Below are positions 1 to 13,415 of a stretch of 64,000 bases of DNA, in pieces (the first letter of the stretch is position 1; every line of letters starts with the position of its first letter). Source of the stretch: Ruditapes philippinarum. Its lineage: Eukaryota. A model generated the notes under the pieces. That model was not told the origin of the DNA. It saw only the letters and a program-made list of their open reading frames with translations, and made no database searches. The stretch is taken from the NCBI RefSeq assembly GCF_026571515.1, contig NW_026859650.1, positions 496,001-560,000 of the forward strand, given 5' to 3'. A program made the position numbers and the translations under genes.

Positions 1-671
1 GCAGATGGGTTACCTGAGCAAAACGAAACAGATCAGCGTGAAGTCGTTTCCAAGTACGGAAAAACATAAAGGTGACAAGTGGGTTTATCCTGGAGTCTTT
101 CAACAAACATAATAACACTGAATCTATTTAGAGTTTAAACCAGCAATTGTGTTATAAAAGCATTTTAATATGAAATCTCCTCGTTTCCTTCTTTGTGTGA
201 AAAACTTTGCAAAATTTATTGGAAATTTGATCCTATATACCAGTAATACAAAGATTATCAATGTCTTCTGACTTTTTCCTGAGTATTAATAAATTTTCTT
301 AAATCCAATACAAAATTATTCAATTTAATAGCAAGATATACCCACATGTCATCTCTAAGCAATTTCCGAGAAATACTCAGCAGTCCTAAAAGGGAGTAAA
401 TATCTTGTCTAAACATGTAACTCTTGAGGTGTAAACATTTAATGTTTAAATACATATATATTACATATTCAAGTACACATTTGTGTGTAAAGTATTCCTT
501 TTCACATTTATTCCAAACCCCTTTCTTTTTTCCTAGTGGCAATCGAAAAAAGGCACTCGTATCGTTTGAGAAAAACAAAATTAAACAAAGATCTAACAGC
601 AAATTCATAGCCAAAGTACTGCACCTCTGTGATTCTTAAAACAAATTAAAATTTAACAAGTTTAATAATAT

Positions 672-677
672 TTTATT
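672..677 (-). terminator. Candidate polyadenylation signal AATAAA, implying a 3'UTR of about 2.8 kb
   Basis: tttatt on + followed by a U-rich tract on the minus strand (640-660). Other AATAAA hexamers occur near 3152 and 1278, so the true site is uncertain. Confidence 0.3.
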
Positions 678-1369
678 GTTACAAGTTGAAAACAGAGCTG
701 CTCTGACAGTTGTATAAGGCAGTTAAACTGACATAAAATAGTGTTATAACATGAAACATACAATAACGTAACTTTCAATAAGGCCTTCAATATCTTATCC
801 TGGGTTTTAACAATTTATTAACTTGAGAAATTTGACTTTGCCAGAATGTTAACAGTACACAGCTGACATCAGCCAGCAAAATGGTGCCGTGTGACCAGGT
901 TTTATACCGCCGTCTGCTCAATTTTAGAATATTAATAACAACATCCCCTAACATTACCAATGGACAGTTCCAAATTTCAAAGTGAGACGAGTTCATTATA
1001 CAAATATAGGAGTGGTCAGCTTCAATTTCCCGAATATTACTAAATTAAGTTCAAGGGTGGTGTTAAAATGACTGTCCACATTCATTAGTATCATAGCTTC
1101 TTTAATTTGGAGGGTTGTTTGTTTGCAGTTACAGCAAAATAAGTCATTCTGTCACGTCCCTTACATTACTTGTACAGTTCATTAAAAATCGTGAAAGGTG
1201 AAGAAAAATAGAAAGAAATATTGTAACAATATAATTCAACAACAATGTTCTTAAAACAATAATCATTTATACATACATTTTATTGTGAATACCTTCACTA
1301 TATATAAAGTCCCTGCAATTTCTGACAGAATCCTCTTTTATAATTTTGTCACATTTATATGAGGCTGTA

Positions 1370-1635
1370 ACCTTAAAAGGAGGATTTTTTTCTGAAAAGG
1401 AGTACTTTTCTAAAAGGGGATTTATTTCCACTAAAAGAGAACTTTTTCTTTAAGGCGATTTTTCCCATTTAAAAGAGGACTTTTGTCTCTGTCTAAAAGG
1501 GGATTTTGTTTCCACTAAAAGAGGACTTTTGTCTAAAATGGTGTTTTCCCCCACCAAAACAGAACACTTGTCTAACAGGGGATTTTTCCCCTAAAAGAGG
1601 ATTTTCTTTGCACTAAAAGAGGATTTTGTCAAAAA
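1370..1635. repeat. Degenerate minisatellite, unit about 18-22 bp (CTAAAAGAGGACTTTTGT-like)
   Basis: About a dozen recurrences of taaaag(a/g)gga(c/t)ttt. Confidence 0.8.
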
Positions 1636-3460
1636 TCCGAAGCTTTACTTATCAAAAAACAAAAATTAATCCAACTCCTAGACAATTTCATTATCTAGTC
1701 TTTTTAAAAGTAATAAAAAAAATCAAGCATTAAAATTTTCAAAAAAAAGAATCTTTAACACAACTTAAATAACATAAATAAAATATAACAACAGAAAAAG
1801 AAGAAGAAATATAACAGATGACAAGAACTCTCTTAAAGCTCCAACCTGCCAGAACAAAAAGGTTGAGTACTTTGCAACCCGTCTGCACATCCAAAAAATT
1901 AATGGAAACTTGGGCTGGTCCACTTTAAAAATTCTGCAGGTTAAGGATTTAAAAATAAAACAAAGATCCACAAACAAAATATATACATAGATTAATGTGA
2001 TTAAAGAAATTATTTCTCTCACAGTATTTTGTTAGTGATGAATGAGATATCTGAGACTATAGGATGAAAATTAAAAAAACCAACAAAAAACACTGATGTT
2101 ATTTAATAACAACAATTTTTGAAATTTATGTACGTAGCTAGGAATTCCGCAGACAAATACCTCAATATTTAACATCTGCATTGAGTTGCATTCTGAATAA
2201 TTTCAGCTAAATATTAACTTTCATAATAAACAGTTGTCGTAAGAAATTGACAATTTTCTAACGAAGGAAAGAAAGAAAAAAAAAACTTTTCTGTAATGAA
2301 GAAACTTGTTGAATATCATTTTATAGATAACCTTTCACTAACATTACATTTCAACACTACCACAGAACTACAGCAATCATATCACAAACACTTTTTTTGC
2401 CAATATTCATAAATTATTTCAACTTGTAATAATATTTACTAGACATGTTTGAATCTTGAAAAAAACATAAAAAAAATTTGGTGAAGAAGCTTTCCTGTTA
2501 GATTTTATGACTTTTAGAGTATTATTTAAAATCCATTACACTAAGAAATATGGTGTTCCTTTAAAATTTAATTTCAAACCTTCAACCTATCGGGGAAATG
2601 AATTCAATTTTATTACCAAAATAAAAATTGTCTGACGTTCTGAACTGTCAAGTGGACTTTTTGCTTTTTTTTAACAGTCTGTTTTAATAATTTGCGAGTA
2701 TATTTCTCTACGTCTTCCATTTTCCATCTCATTGAAAACTTGTTCTCCTTTTTCTTTACAAACATAAATGCAGTCAGTAACAGAGTTTCAAATGATAAAA
2801 AATCAGTTCACCGGTTTCTATTACTGCACATAAGAATCTAAAAACTCTCTCTCTTATATACTTTTTTTTATCCTAAGTACCACTTTAAAACATCAAAAAT
2901 AAAAAAAAACTTTCAAGAACAGGCTTTTCCAATTAACCATTAATACAACACCTTTTCCATCATCACACTTTTTTTCCAAACATCAAAATAGAATCATCAA
3001 TCGGAGATCTCTAGTATTATAATAATAATAATATATGGCAATATTTCATTTATGCGTACAACACCTAAACATCTTTACACTGAGGTAATAGCAGAATTGA
3101 GGCTGTACAAATAAACTCTATGGACGTAATTTTTTGTTATCACGTAATTTTTTTATTATTTATCACTATTACTACTAATTTACAGAAAAAATAAAACAAC
3201 ATTACATCTACGAGCAAATACGTACTGGCGGGGGTTTTCTCCAAAACAAGCGATAATCTGCTAGTAATGACGATGTGAACATGCTACGTTCAAATCAACT
3301 ATAAATCTATCCCTGTAAGTTGGATGGCAAAAGTCAAAATCTATAACTTTTTTTTTCCTTTTAAAAGTACAGACTCAAATACAAGACTATTCTCATTCCT
3401 TAAAATGTTGCCTAAAATAAATCGGCAATTCAACTGTAATGATCTAAATATAGAATGTTC

Positions 3461-4334
3461 CTATGGCGATGCAACTGATGACGAATCACTATCTGTTTCC
3501 GATTTTTTCAGGTGCAAGTCCATAACTTCCTTCATCAATGGCTGAATACCTTCGGGATTCAGTTTCAACAAAACTTGCGAATGTTCCTCATTCAAGTTGC
3601 GAATATCTGTTAGCTTCATCAAAAGCTTTGGGTAGATGCTACGAACTACGTGACTTGGGTATTTGGATTCGAGATACCTTTGAAGTAAGAGCGCGTATTT
3701 ATCCTGCTCTGCGGATATGTACACTTTATCCTGTACACAGGGACGATCGGGCGAGAACAGTGACAACATTAGTAGTAATATCAACACTGTCTCATCGGCT
3801 TTCAAGTCTATCGCTAACGATTTGACAAATTTCATATGCTCGTCAAAGAGTCCGCCACCTTGATTGAATCCTGGCAAACCTGGCATGCCCTCGAGACCTT
3901 CGACTCCCGGTTTCTCGATGCCCTCCCTAAGCTGATCAGCTGACATGGCCAAAGAGTCCTTATCATAAGGATCTAGAAAATAATTGTTTTCCTTATCGAA
4001 TGAGATAACAGATCTAAGAATGAGCAATTCTATACTTCCTCCCTTTAATAAACCAATCTGGTCAGTCTGTGATAAAGCCTTAAAAGCTTTCAATTTTTTG
4101 GCCATATCCACTACCCTACGTACACTCACTTCAGCGATATTAACTAGCGCGGCAAAATTGGCATTATCTCTCGGAACCTTTGACTCGATGGGTATAGACA
4201 GAGATGCGCGGTAAGCCTGAACAATTTCATTTATTACGGCTTCTTCTGCGGGTTCCAAGGGTCGGAGCTTCTGTGTTGATGACGATGTGACGACCCCAGA
4301 CTGTGACATTTTCTTTTCGAGGTCTCTCATCCGT
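3461..4334 (-). CDS. NR1J: NR1J last coding exon: ligand-binding domain and Ser-rich C-terminal tail
   Basis: LBD signature AKKLKAFKALSQTDQIGLLKG, LFSPDRP and the AF-2-like PLMKEVM. Acceptor ttgcag at 4340-4335, stop TAG at 3463-3461. The ORF-track start at 4363 lies in the intron. Confidence 0.95.
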
Positions 4335-4859
4335 CTGCAAACGATATAAACAATTTTTTTCAAATTCTGACGAAATCACAATTAATCTTTTATTATATGT
4401 TCAATAAAATTCAATCTAAAATCAATGTTTTACTATTGCAAGTTTTATCAATGAGCATTCATGCAGTACAACAGTGTGATGATCATACTGTCAAGTGAAA
4501 TACTATAATTAACTGCAACCTTTATTAACCAAGGGCATTATCCATGAATAACACATAAAAGTAAAAGTGACAGTTCGCTCCCTTTATTTGTAGTTTTTCA
4601 CTGAATCATTTTTAAACAAAATTCTGTTGATATAAGCAGGAAAAGCTGGCCTGGATGTCACTTAAAAAATAATCTAAATGGAAAAAAGATCATCTTGTTC
4701 TGATTTCTTCAAAATGATAAATAAAAGATGAGACCAGGCGGGATATAAAATATTGATTTGAAGTATTTAACATTAAAAGATATTAGCCAAACTAAAATTT
4801 GAAGCAGATTTATACACAAAATAAAAATAAATACTAGCACAAATTCAAGCCACAGGCAT

Positions 4860-5105
4860 CAGTTAAATCCCTAGCCACTTGCCTTCATATGCAGGTTCAA
4901 ATCCCACCAAAGACTTTGAATTCTTGCATGAATGAAAGCTATTTAGCTCACTTATAGAATGTCTGTGGTTGTATTCTGGTGCCGCAGCTTTCGAGTAATA
5001 ATAAAATTCAGCATCACCGAACATCTTCCTCCACCGTAAAGCTCGAAAGTTAATAACTGAACGACGTTTCAAAATGTCAGTATGACACTTCAAACCGAAC
5101 ACGAA
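4860..5105 (+). mobile_element. Degenerate tRNA-derived SINE (bivalve-type) in NR1J intron 3
   Basis: Pol III B-box GGTTCAAATCCC at 4894-4905. Body motifs TCTTCCTCCACC..AAAGCT.GAAAGT and the tail resemble a recalled bivalve SINE consensus. Confidence 0.7.
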
Positions 5106-5151
5106 TATAATGAAAAGAGAGTAAAAAATTGGATGTTTTTCTTACCCATAC

Positions 5152-5318
5152 CTGTTGTCGTCAATTCGTTGTTTCTTCCGCATCTTCTCCTCCTCAGTGA
5201 GGATATATTCTTTACGCATACCAATCTCAAAACATTTCCTCAACCGACATCTCTTACAGAATCTTCTGTTGGAGACGTCCATCTTACATTTCTCTTCATA
5301 AGGGCACTTAAAGTAATC
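5152..5318 (-). CDS. NR1J: NR1J exon: second C4 zinc finger and C-terminal extension
   Basis: DYFKCPYEEKCKMDVSNRRFCKRCRLRKCFEIGMRKEYIL. Acceptor ttgcag|GAT, donor AG|gtatgg (an alternative donor GG|gtaaga lies 6 nt downstream). 167 nt, phase 0 to phase 2. Confidence 0.95.
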
Positions 5319-5338
5319 CTGCAAGTAGAAAATAGTAC

Positions 5339-5658
5339 GGCTGAACTAATGTATGAATACAGGTCAAGAACATGGATACAGAAGGTCGAAAACATAGAAA
5401 AAGGTCAATAATTGTGGTTACGCAGTTCTAATGGCTTAACTGATGTAGATCCACAGAAGGTCAAAACAAGAAAAAGGTCAATATTCCTTGTCACAAAGTT
5501 CCTCTGGCTGAACTAATGTACATACAGAAGATGAAAAACACAGAAAAAAGGTCAATATTCCTGGCTATGCAGTTCTTATGGCTGAACTTAATTGCTAAGA
5601 TCCACAGAAGGTCAAAAACACAGAAAAAGGTTAATATTCATAGTTAATCAGTTCTTCT
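5339..5658. repeat. Tandem repeat, about 74 bp x 4, next to the exon acceptor at 5318
   Basis: Units start GGCTGAACT/GGCTTAACT near 5339, 5433, 5506 and 5580. Each contains CAGAAG(GTC)...GAAAAAGGT(C/T)AATA...AGTTC. Confidence 0.9.
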
Positions 5659-8468
5659 GCAGTTAGAATTCAGGTTCGACTTCTTTAACAATATAAAGTA
5701 TTATTGAATCATCTGACACATACATTTACATAGTAGTATGTTTTGTTTTTAAAGGGATTTGTTTAATAGATGGAGAAAATGATGATGGAATTCCAATATG
5801 AAAGTTGCAGATTTATAAAATAATACCAGGAAAAATCCATCAGTCAAATATTTCGGAACTTTAAAAGTCCTTCCTAAGATCACTTAAAGCAATGTCAAAA
5901 CATCTGTTCTAACAAAAAAAATTGCTATTTACATATTATTTAAAATGAGATTGACCATCTTTAAAAGATGAATAGCTTTAACATGCTGCTGATAAAAACA
6001 CATACATGTGTCAAAACCTCAAATGACTTCCTTTAACTCTTCTTACAACAACATCTGTATATATGGTAATATTAGATATTGATGTACAAGCATGAGTCAC
6101 GTATAACACTCCTAAAAATACCACAACACAAAATGTGGAGTAGCTAAAACAGCAAAACTCCATGGAAAACAGATATGCAAACTGTAGCTGCAAAGCATAT
6201 AAACTTAACAAGCAAAAATGTGCAATGATCAATCTTTTTCTAAATCAAGGACAAGTCAGATCAATTAATCTTTTTTTCGAAATCAAAGATCACCATGACA
6301 GTGTAACTGTGTCATCTCACAGAGGCAGGAAAAAAATTTGGTTTTTAATTCATTTAATGGAACTTGGGATGAACGCAAAAATTCCCATGTTAAAAAATAT
6401 GTGATTAGGAACTACAAGCTAAATATAGCCAACATTTTTAAGTATTCTGAAAACCAGATCTGACCAATGGATAATTAGACCACAGATAACTAGATTCATT
6501 TGGTGTTGTTTATTGACCAAGGAACTCAATTAGTCACCGTCACCTTTCCAATTAATCCCGCCTCCCACACATCTATCTGTTTTACTAATACAACAAATCA
6601 GGCATTCAGCCTCATTCTTTTACTGAGACCCTTAACTATCTTTAATCTAATCAAATTTCATATTCCACGCAATAATCAACTATTTTTGTTTCTCAGTGAG
6701 TGGCGGCAGTTGCGACAATCTGCAATTATTCCGCCCGGAAGTTTGCAATCAAGACGTTCAATATGATCATCCGTACATATCCAATCAGTCCCTGGGACTC
6801 GTGATAATTATTTTTCTTTCCATGTTTTTAAATCGGCTTCAACGGTATTAGCACAGATACATTTTCATTAAAGCGGGAATTATTCGTATCCCATGATCCA
6901 TCTCAATTGATCAAATTCAATTGAATTCCTGCATTCCGTAAATTGGTAATCGATAACTCGAACAAAGCTACCTGTAGGTCGGCTACCAGAAAACATTCCA
7001 AATTGAAATCAACAAACACTTGACATGCGTGTCCCCGTGCAGTATTCATCCATCACATTTTCATATTAATTATTGATGAAAACTTTTCCTCACTTTAATT
7101 TATCATAAATGCTAATGTAGAAAATCCTCAATACAAAATGTTAACCACAACGGAAATAAACAAAACTAAGGAAATAAATTCATAAGCCAAACATTCTGGA
7201 AAAGCATTATGTAAAAAAAAAAAATCATTGATTTAACTTTACAGTATACATATTAAGTTTTGTATATTGTAAAGTACAAACGTCCTTAATTAAATTACAC
7301 TTCTGAAGTTTAAAACTGAGAAACAGAGCCTTCAAGTTTTTCCAATAAAAAAATTTAACAAAATGAACGTAGGTTAATTCCCGAGGAAAAAATTAATTAA
7401 GAGAAATAATGCATTATCTAGGTATATTTTTCAGAACTCAATTATGAATACAAATCCGAGTGATTTTTCTTGACAAGGATCTTGAACAAAAAAAAAAAAA
7501 TAGTGTGCAACTGTTTAAAAAAGTAAAATTTTTTCGATGCCTAATTTTCTCTTATTTATAACTAAATGTAATGCCAATTCATAACAATGTGCTTTATTTA
7601 AACCCTCTCTTCATAAATACTCAAAAAAAGGGTCAAGAAGAACAGACTGCTTTTGTGAAAAGCATTTCCCTCCAAATTTACGAGGCAAAAAAATAAAATA
7701 AAAGCCATCCTAATAAAAAATCAGCCCACTTAACAAGTTGTACAAAATGTCACAATGGAGGAATGACAAAAACTGTAGAGAAATGAGTAATTATAATGTA
7801 ACGGCCAGCATAAAATACATGTCTAGCTTATTCATAACAATAACCGCGGTGTTTTACATTTTCAACAAGAAACTTAATTGCGAACAAAAACAAGTAACAC
7901 CGTAAAAAAAACATGAAACATTATCATCATAGCCTTCAAGGTATTTTCAAATTTTACCTTCATATACTACCCCCCCCCCCCCCCTCACCTCTCTATTATG
8001 GAAAAAACTAAACCTTGTGTGTGTTTTGAGCGAATAAATCACTGCGCGGCTTTTGATATACATGAGACCGATGGTTATCTTATACCAGGGTTCATTCGGT
8101 ACATTTCTCTCCGATATTGTATATAATGGAGCAGAGCATGAATAAATTTGTATATTTAAAAAAACCACATGTTGATACGCTTTACCCATATTTTTTTCCA
8201 GCGCTGGTTAACCACAGGGATTTGTGGGGCATGGATTTAGCCGATATAAACAATGTAAATGCTATTACTAGCTTGAAATGACCAAAATTATTTTGACACC
8301 ATTGTCTTCAAACAAAAACTTAAACATGCAATAATTAACTATAGAAATCAATCCAAAACACAAGATAATAAAAGTACAAAAAACATTAAATTTCAACCAT
8401 TAGGTTTTATTATATAATTATCTTAGGAACATTTTGCAGAGAGATGCAAATGTATCATAAAAGATCTT

Positions 8469-8550
8469 GCCATGGCTAGGATTCGAACTCGCAACCAGCA
8501 GCATTATATAATAATTGAAAGTAACAATGCTACTGACCACTGAACCATAG
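8469..8550 (-). mobile_element. tRNA-like SINE head or tRNA pseudogene
   Basis: On the minus strand: A-box TGGTTCAGTGG and B-box GAGTTCGAATCCT. The anticodon arm is disrupted by AT-rich sequence. Confidence 0.6.
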
Positions 8551-11500
8551 AATTGATTCCCTGACGCAGATGTCAGAGGTTCCACAATAAGAATGCACTC
8601 AACATAATTATATAACCATTTACTTTAATATCAAAACTGGTATTGAAATCACTACTAATTGAATTGCATCAGTCATGAAATATAACATTTTAATCAATTT
8701 ATTTTTGCTAAATTTCACGAATTTCATTGTTTGATTTTTCAACAACAATTAAGAAATACATGGACAATAAGATACAAGGTATGGGACATTTATGGTATGT
8801 TTAGTGTCACCTGGTTGCTGACAAGTGATGTTTTACATTGGTCCCTGGCTCCACAAGTCTTCAATGTCAAATCAATTTTACAGACGAGAGCTTGGACAAC
8901 AATGATATATACTTGCTATAAAAACTGTACTTTTTCTAAATTTTTCAAAATAATTATCTATTTTAATTAAAGATACATCTAAAACTCTGCATTCATAAAA
9001 TGACTAATCGTTTGAAAACTGTACCAAGATACCAAAAATAATAAGTTTTTGTGAAATTAAAATGACAGCATTCAAAGGCACAATGGGCCTTTAAAGTGCG
9101 TTCCTAAACTTCCTAAATCTTAGATCCATCACACTTAAAGAAATTCACCTACATAACTTTACCAAATAGAATTTTAATAAACACTTCATGGTAATCTTTT
9201 AAAAGTCATCTAAACAGGAATATAACTTTATAAAATGCTTTCTTAAATTGACAAAACATTCTTTCAGCGAACAATTAAAGTTAGGCATACTCGTTCCTTA
9301 AAAATGTTTAAATACACTCGATAACCTTCCATCAAATTGAATATATATCAAAACCTTTATAAAATTTTTTATTTTTGGTACGAAAGGCTGCAGTTACAGC
9401 TTTTCATTACAGTAAGCAAAGATCATTTGAACAGAATTTGTCAATAAACCTATTCTATGAGACACATTGCAAGCTTGAACACAATGGCTCTCAAGTATCT
9501 ATTCGACTCGAAAAAATATTATGCTCCCCTAGGCAAACATCAATTTAACTTAAAATAGAAAAAAAATATATCTTAAAATATTGCATAAAAAAATATCTTT
9601 TGAGAAAAATCTCCTTCTCAAGTTAATATAGCCTCATTCAGAACATCTTGTGTAATGTTTTGAACTTGGTGAAATCACAAATGATGTATGTTTGTTTAAA
9701 ATTTACGATGACATAGAACAGTTTGACATTAGTCGATGAATGAACAGAAACGGCTTTTGAAATGCAGAGTAAATATTTGCTTAATTTCCCTCTTTTCAAC
9801 ATTTACAAGACTTGTATTTTAACCACTTCACAAAATTATCACGGAGAAATAAAGAAATCATCAATTCTGGCTATAACGTAAATGCGGGTGTAGAAAAAAA
9901 AGACGTTTTTTTTTATTTTCATGATCACCAATGGCATCAAATGGGTAAATAAAATACGAATATTTTCTTTTCTCATAGTATAGAATTGTTCATTTTAAAT
10001 AAATAAAAATCTTGTCAGAAAGCGGAAGAAAAAAAAAATATATTTAGAAAATATATCGATGGATTTTTATACTTTTCAGTGCATAACATCAAAGACTTCA
10101 AGTTTCAAAGTATTCTTAAAAATACAACAGGTTAGAGCTGATAAAATACCATCAATTTTTCTGCAATTTCATAACGACAATCGAAACTTTTGAAAACTAT
10201 ATGCAACGAAAATATGGAAAGTGATATAGGTAACATCAAGGATTATCCGAGGAATTTTGGTTTAAAAAGAAAGATCGCAGCCCAGTATAAGCTTTCATCT
10301 TGCAAATTCACTCAGCTTTCATCAAAACATGTGCTACCTATTTTAACATTATAATCTCTTTAAAATTGAGCAGAGATATGGAACGAATATTTCTATCAGA
10401 AAATCAATAAAGATGTCGTAAAAATATGATCAAGTTGGCATAAAGGTTAATTGACAGCAATGTACACTTCCGGAGCATCAAAATGTTACTATTTTTAGCT
10501 TTAATGAATCAGTGCTATGAATGTATTTGTATTGCAATAATAAAACTTTACCCCAGCAATTCTAATGTCATCTCAGACTGAATTTTTTTTGTTTTTCCCC
10601 CCCCCCCTTTTTCTTATAATCTTTTTTTTTCTGTGTGTGATAAACTGACACTTTTCAATAAATTAAATACTTCAAACTTTTAAGTATCAAGGCAAAAATC
10701 TTAATTTTTTTGTGTCTCTTTTTTTTTTCTTCTAAGAAAATGCATCTATTTTCAGGACAAAAAGTGTATTGAAAGGAAAATAGTAGATAATTTGAAAAAT
10801 AAAATTAGAAACAAGGCAGGTATCTGAATTCTTGCTAACAAAATTATAGTCAAAAAGGGTTTTAATTAAAGTAGGAACTTAATTAGACCCTTTAAGTTTC
10901 AAATTTGTAATAAATTTGTTCATTGATCCTTGTCCATAATTTAGACTAAATATTTTTCTTAGAAATAATAAAATCAACATCATATTTTTTTTTTTTAATT
11001 GAACCCTTGAATTATTTATTTCTTAATAACATACAAAATTAATATGACAAATATTATTTAGTCCTGAACAACAAATATTTCAGTCCTTCTAGTCTATTGA
11101 CAATAGACACAAAAAGTGTATAATTTAATGTTACGGCTAAATACATCAAAACAACCATGAATATTTAGCAGCTTATAAAGAACACAAAAATAACAAAACA
11201 AATGGTTAATCTGTTCAAATCACTTTTATGTCATAATCATATAAATAAGTTAAGGAGTTATGACTTCTTGATAATACAGATGGCCTCATTTCCTCACTTT
11301 TTCTTATCTCCATCATTACGATAAACTGTTGGGTGCATTACGGTACATTAGGGTACATTAGTGTACATTGGTGCCATATGTTGCAAAACTTGTTTGTTTT
11401 AGATTACAATACTGCTTAACATGCATCAGAGGTGTCCAAACTTATTAAATCTATTCAGCTGCTAAGATTGCAACATAGCTTGCGCACAGCTATAAAAACA

Positions 11501-13070
11501 AACATTACAAACTGCAGATAAAAAACGAATCAATGCAAAACAGCTTCATAAACAAACCATTACACAAGCTGCCTCAGAAAAAAAAATGTACGTTTCCCGG
11601 AAAAAAAGAAAAACAAAAGGCGGGAAATTGAACATAGGGAAATATTGTAAGGATCAGTTGAGCATTTACTTGGAATTGCATACAACTTAAAATTGCCCTT
11701 TCAGTAACAGATGTTAAAGGATTTCTATTGATTTTCAAAAGCCTAAAATTCTGTGCATAAAACAACTGGGATACATGTACTTAAAACAGAATGATATACA
11801 AAAGAATATTAGGAATATACTCATTGAAAATTGTATTTAAAAGTCCTATCCTAAGCCCGATTTTCAACACTTTTCAATTTTGGGAGTCAATTTCCATAAA
11901 CAGAATAAATTTTCTAGAAAAACTTATTGAGCCAATGGACACAAGTTATTATATACATTATATATACATCAAAATCATCTGCATAAATCTCGAAAAAAAT
12001 GTACAATTTTTCTAAAATTAGTAACTCTGACACCAATAAAAACAAACCATAATTTATGTTTTAATAAAAATATCTTAAAACAAAAATGAAAAGTTAAATT
12101 CTATTCTAAGCGTCATGATTTAAGGTGCATCAGTAAAGCTTTAGGATCTTTTTATGTATCAGTCATTTTTTTGCAGACATCCTGGAATTTTAATTCCAGC
12201 AATAGGTTCGGCAATCTGAGAAAACCACATGACATTTAAATATTTATTCATTTATAAAAAATAAATTATGTTTTGCCACCAATAAAAAAGTATGAATAAA
12301 AAAGAAAAACCATTATATTTCCAAAAATCAAATGTTTTTTTTTCCAAACACATACCGGGTATTTTTCTACAAGATCATTCCATTAAACTTTTTCTAAACC
12401 TATACAAAAACTGCATAATAATATCATACATTACAAAGAAACTTTTAACTTTTCAAAGGAAAAATCAAAGTACAAACTGGTTTGAGGAACCTAAAAATGA
12501 GCGAAATTGATAAACAAAATTTTCTATATTCAACCAGTGACCGTGACCTTAGTATAACATTCATCATGTATTATAGAATCAGTCACAAAGGTTTTCTAGT
12601 CTAATAGACCATCTAAAATGATCATCACTATTCCCTGATAATGGCTCTCTATTTTCTGGCGTGACATTTTCCATATTGACAGGGCGTTTACTAGGAATTC
12701 TAATTGTTCATAGTGACTAATTGACGTTCAACCCCAAAGTTTTCCTGTGATTGTAACATAATGCTAAGATAGTATCACAGCATTTGTACTTTAAAAACTA
12801 AAACAACAGAACAAATAAACCACAAATCAACAAGAACAAAAACACATTATCATGCATGAAATGTTATAAACTAATCTCCTAACATTATTAGTCAGTCCTG
12901 AACCCAGAATGTTTGTTTACATTATCGATGCCAAAAAACGTACTCAGTAACCCCTATACAGTACGGGATTCAAATACTAAATGCAACTTAATGTATATGT
13001 ATAGATGTATTTCATAACATACAGCTTTTACATATAAATACATGTCATTAGATATATGAATTCATAGAAA

Positions 13071-13133
13071 CAGGCCTATATGACTGAAATACTGTTGGAA
13101 AAAGGCGTAAAATGAAACAAACAAACAAACAAA
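13071..13133 (+). mobile_element. 5'-truncated SINE 3' end with (CAAA)n tail
   Basis: TGACTGAAATACTGTTGGAAAAAGGCGTAAAA followed by AAAC repeats, matching a recalled mollusc SINE tail pattern. Confidence 0.6.
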
Positions 13134-13289
13134 TCATAGAAACAGATATATAAATACTTCATATATAATAATAATACACGTTTGTAACGTCACCTTTCAA
13201 TGGATAATCCTAACTTTTATATGGTTTTATATATACGAATCACACTTTCTTTCTCAAAAAAGCAAGTTTGCGGTTTTATATTAAAATTT

Positions 13290-13415
13290 GTTATAAATAT
13301 TCCTGACAGGTTATATGACCGTATATCAATATAACCCTTGCCTAGCAGCTTGGGTTATATTTCCAAACAGCATTTATATAGGGCCATATAACCTGTCAAA
13401 AATCTTAGTTATAAC
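13290..13415. mobile_element. Small (about 126 bp) foldback MITE with nested inverted repeats
   Basis: GTTATAA / TTATAAC ends; TGACAGGTTATATG (13304-13317) / CATATAACCTGTCA (13385-13398); inner ATATAACCC / GGGTTATAT. Confidence 0.75.

Noticed and set aside
258-2022. Short ORFs downstream of the NR1J stop and similar 60-100 aa ORFs across the window
   Set aside because: Composition typical of random AT-rich DNA (F/I/K/L/N-rich), with no domains or exon structure.
3324-4214. Plus-strand ORFs overlapping the LBD exon (also 5082-5411 over exon 3)
   Set aside because: Antisense shadows of the real coding exons.
4335-4363. ORF-track N-terminus MKKIVYIVC of the 300-aa ORF
   Set aside because: Intronic read-through upstream of the ttgcag acceptor; not a true start.
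8469-8550. Functional tRNA gene
   Set aside because: A and B boxes are present, but there is no valid anticodon arm or full cloverleaf.
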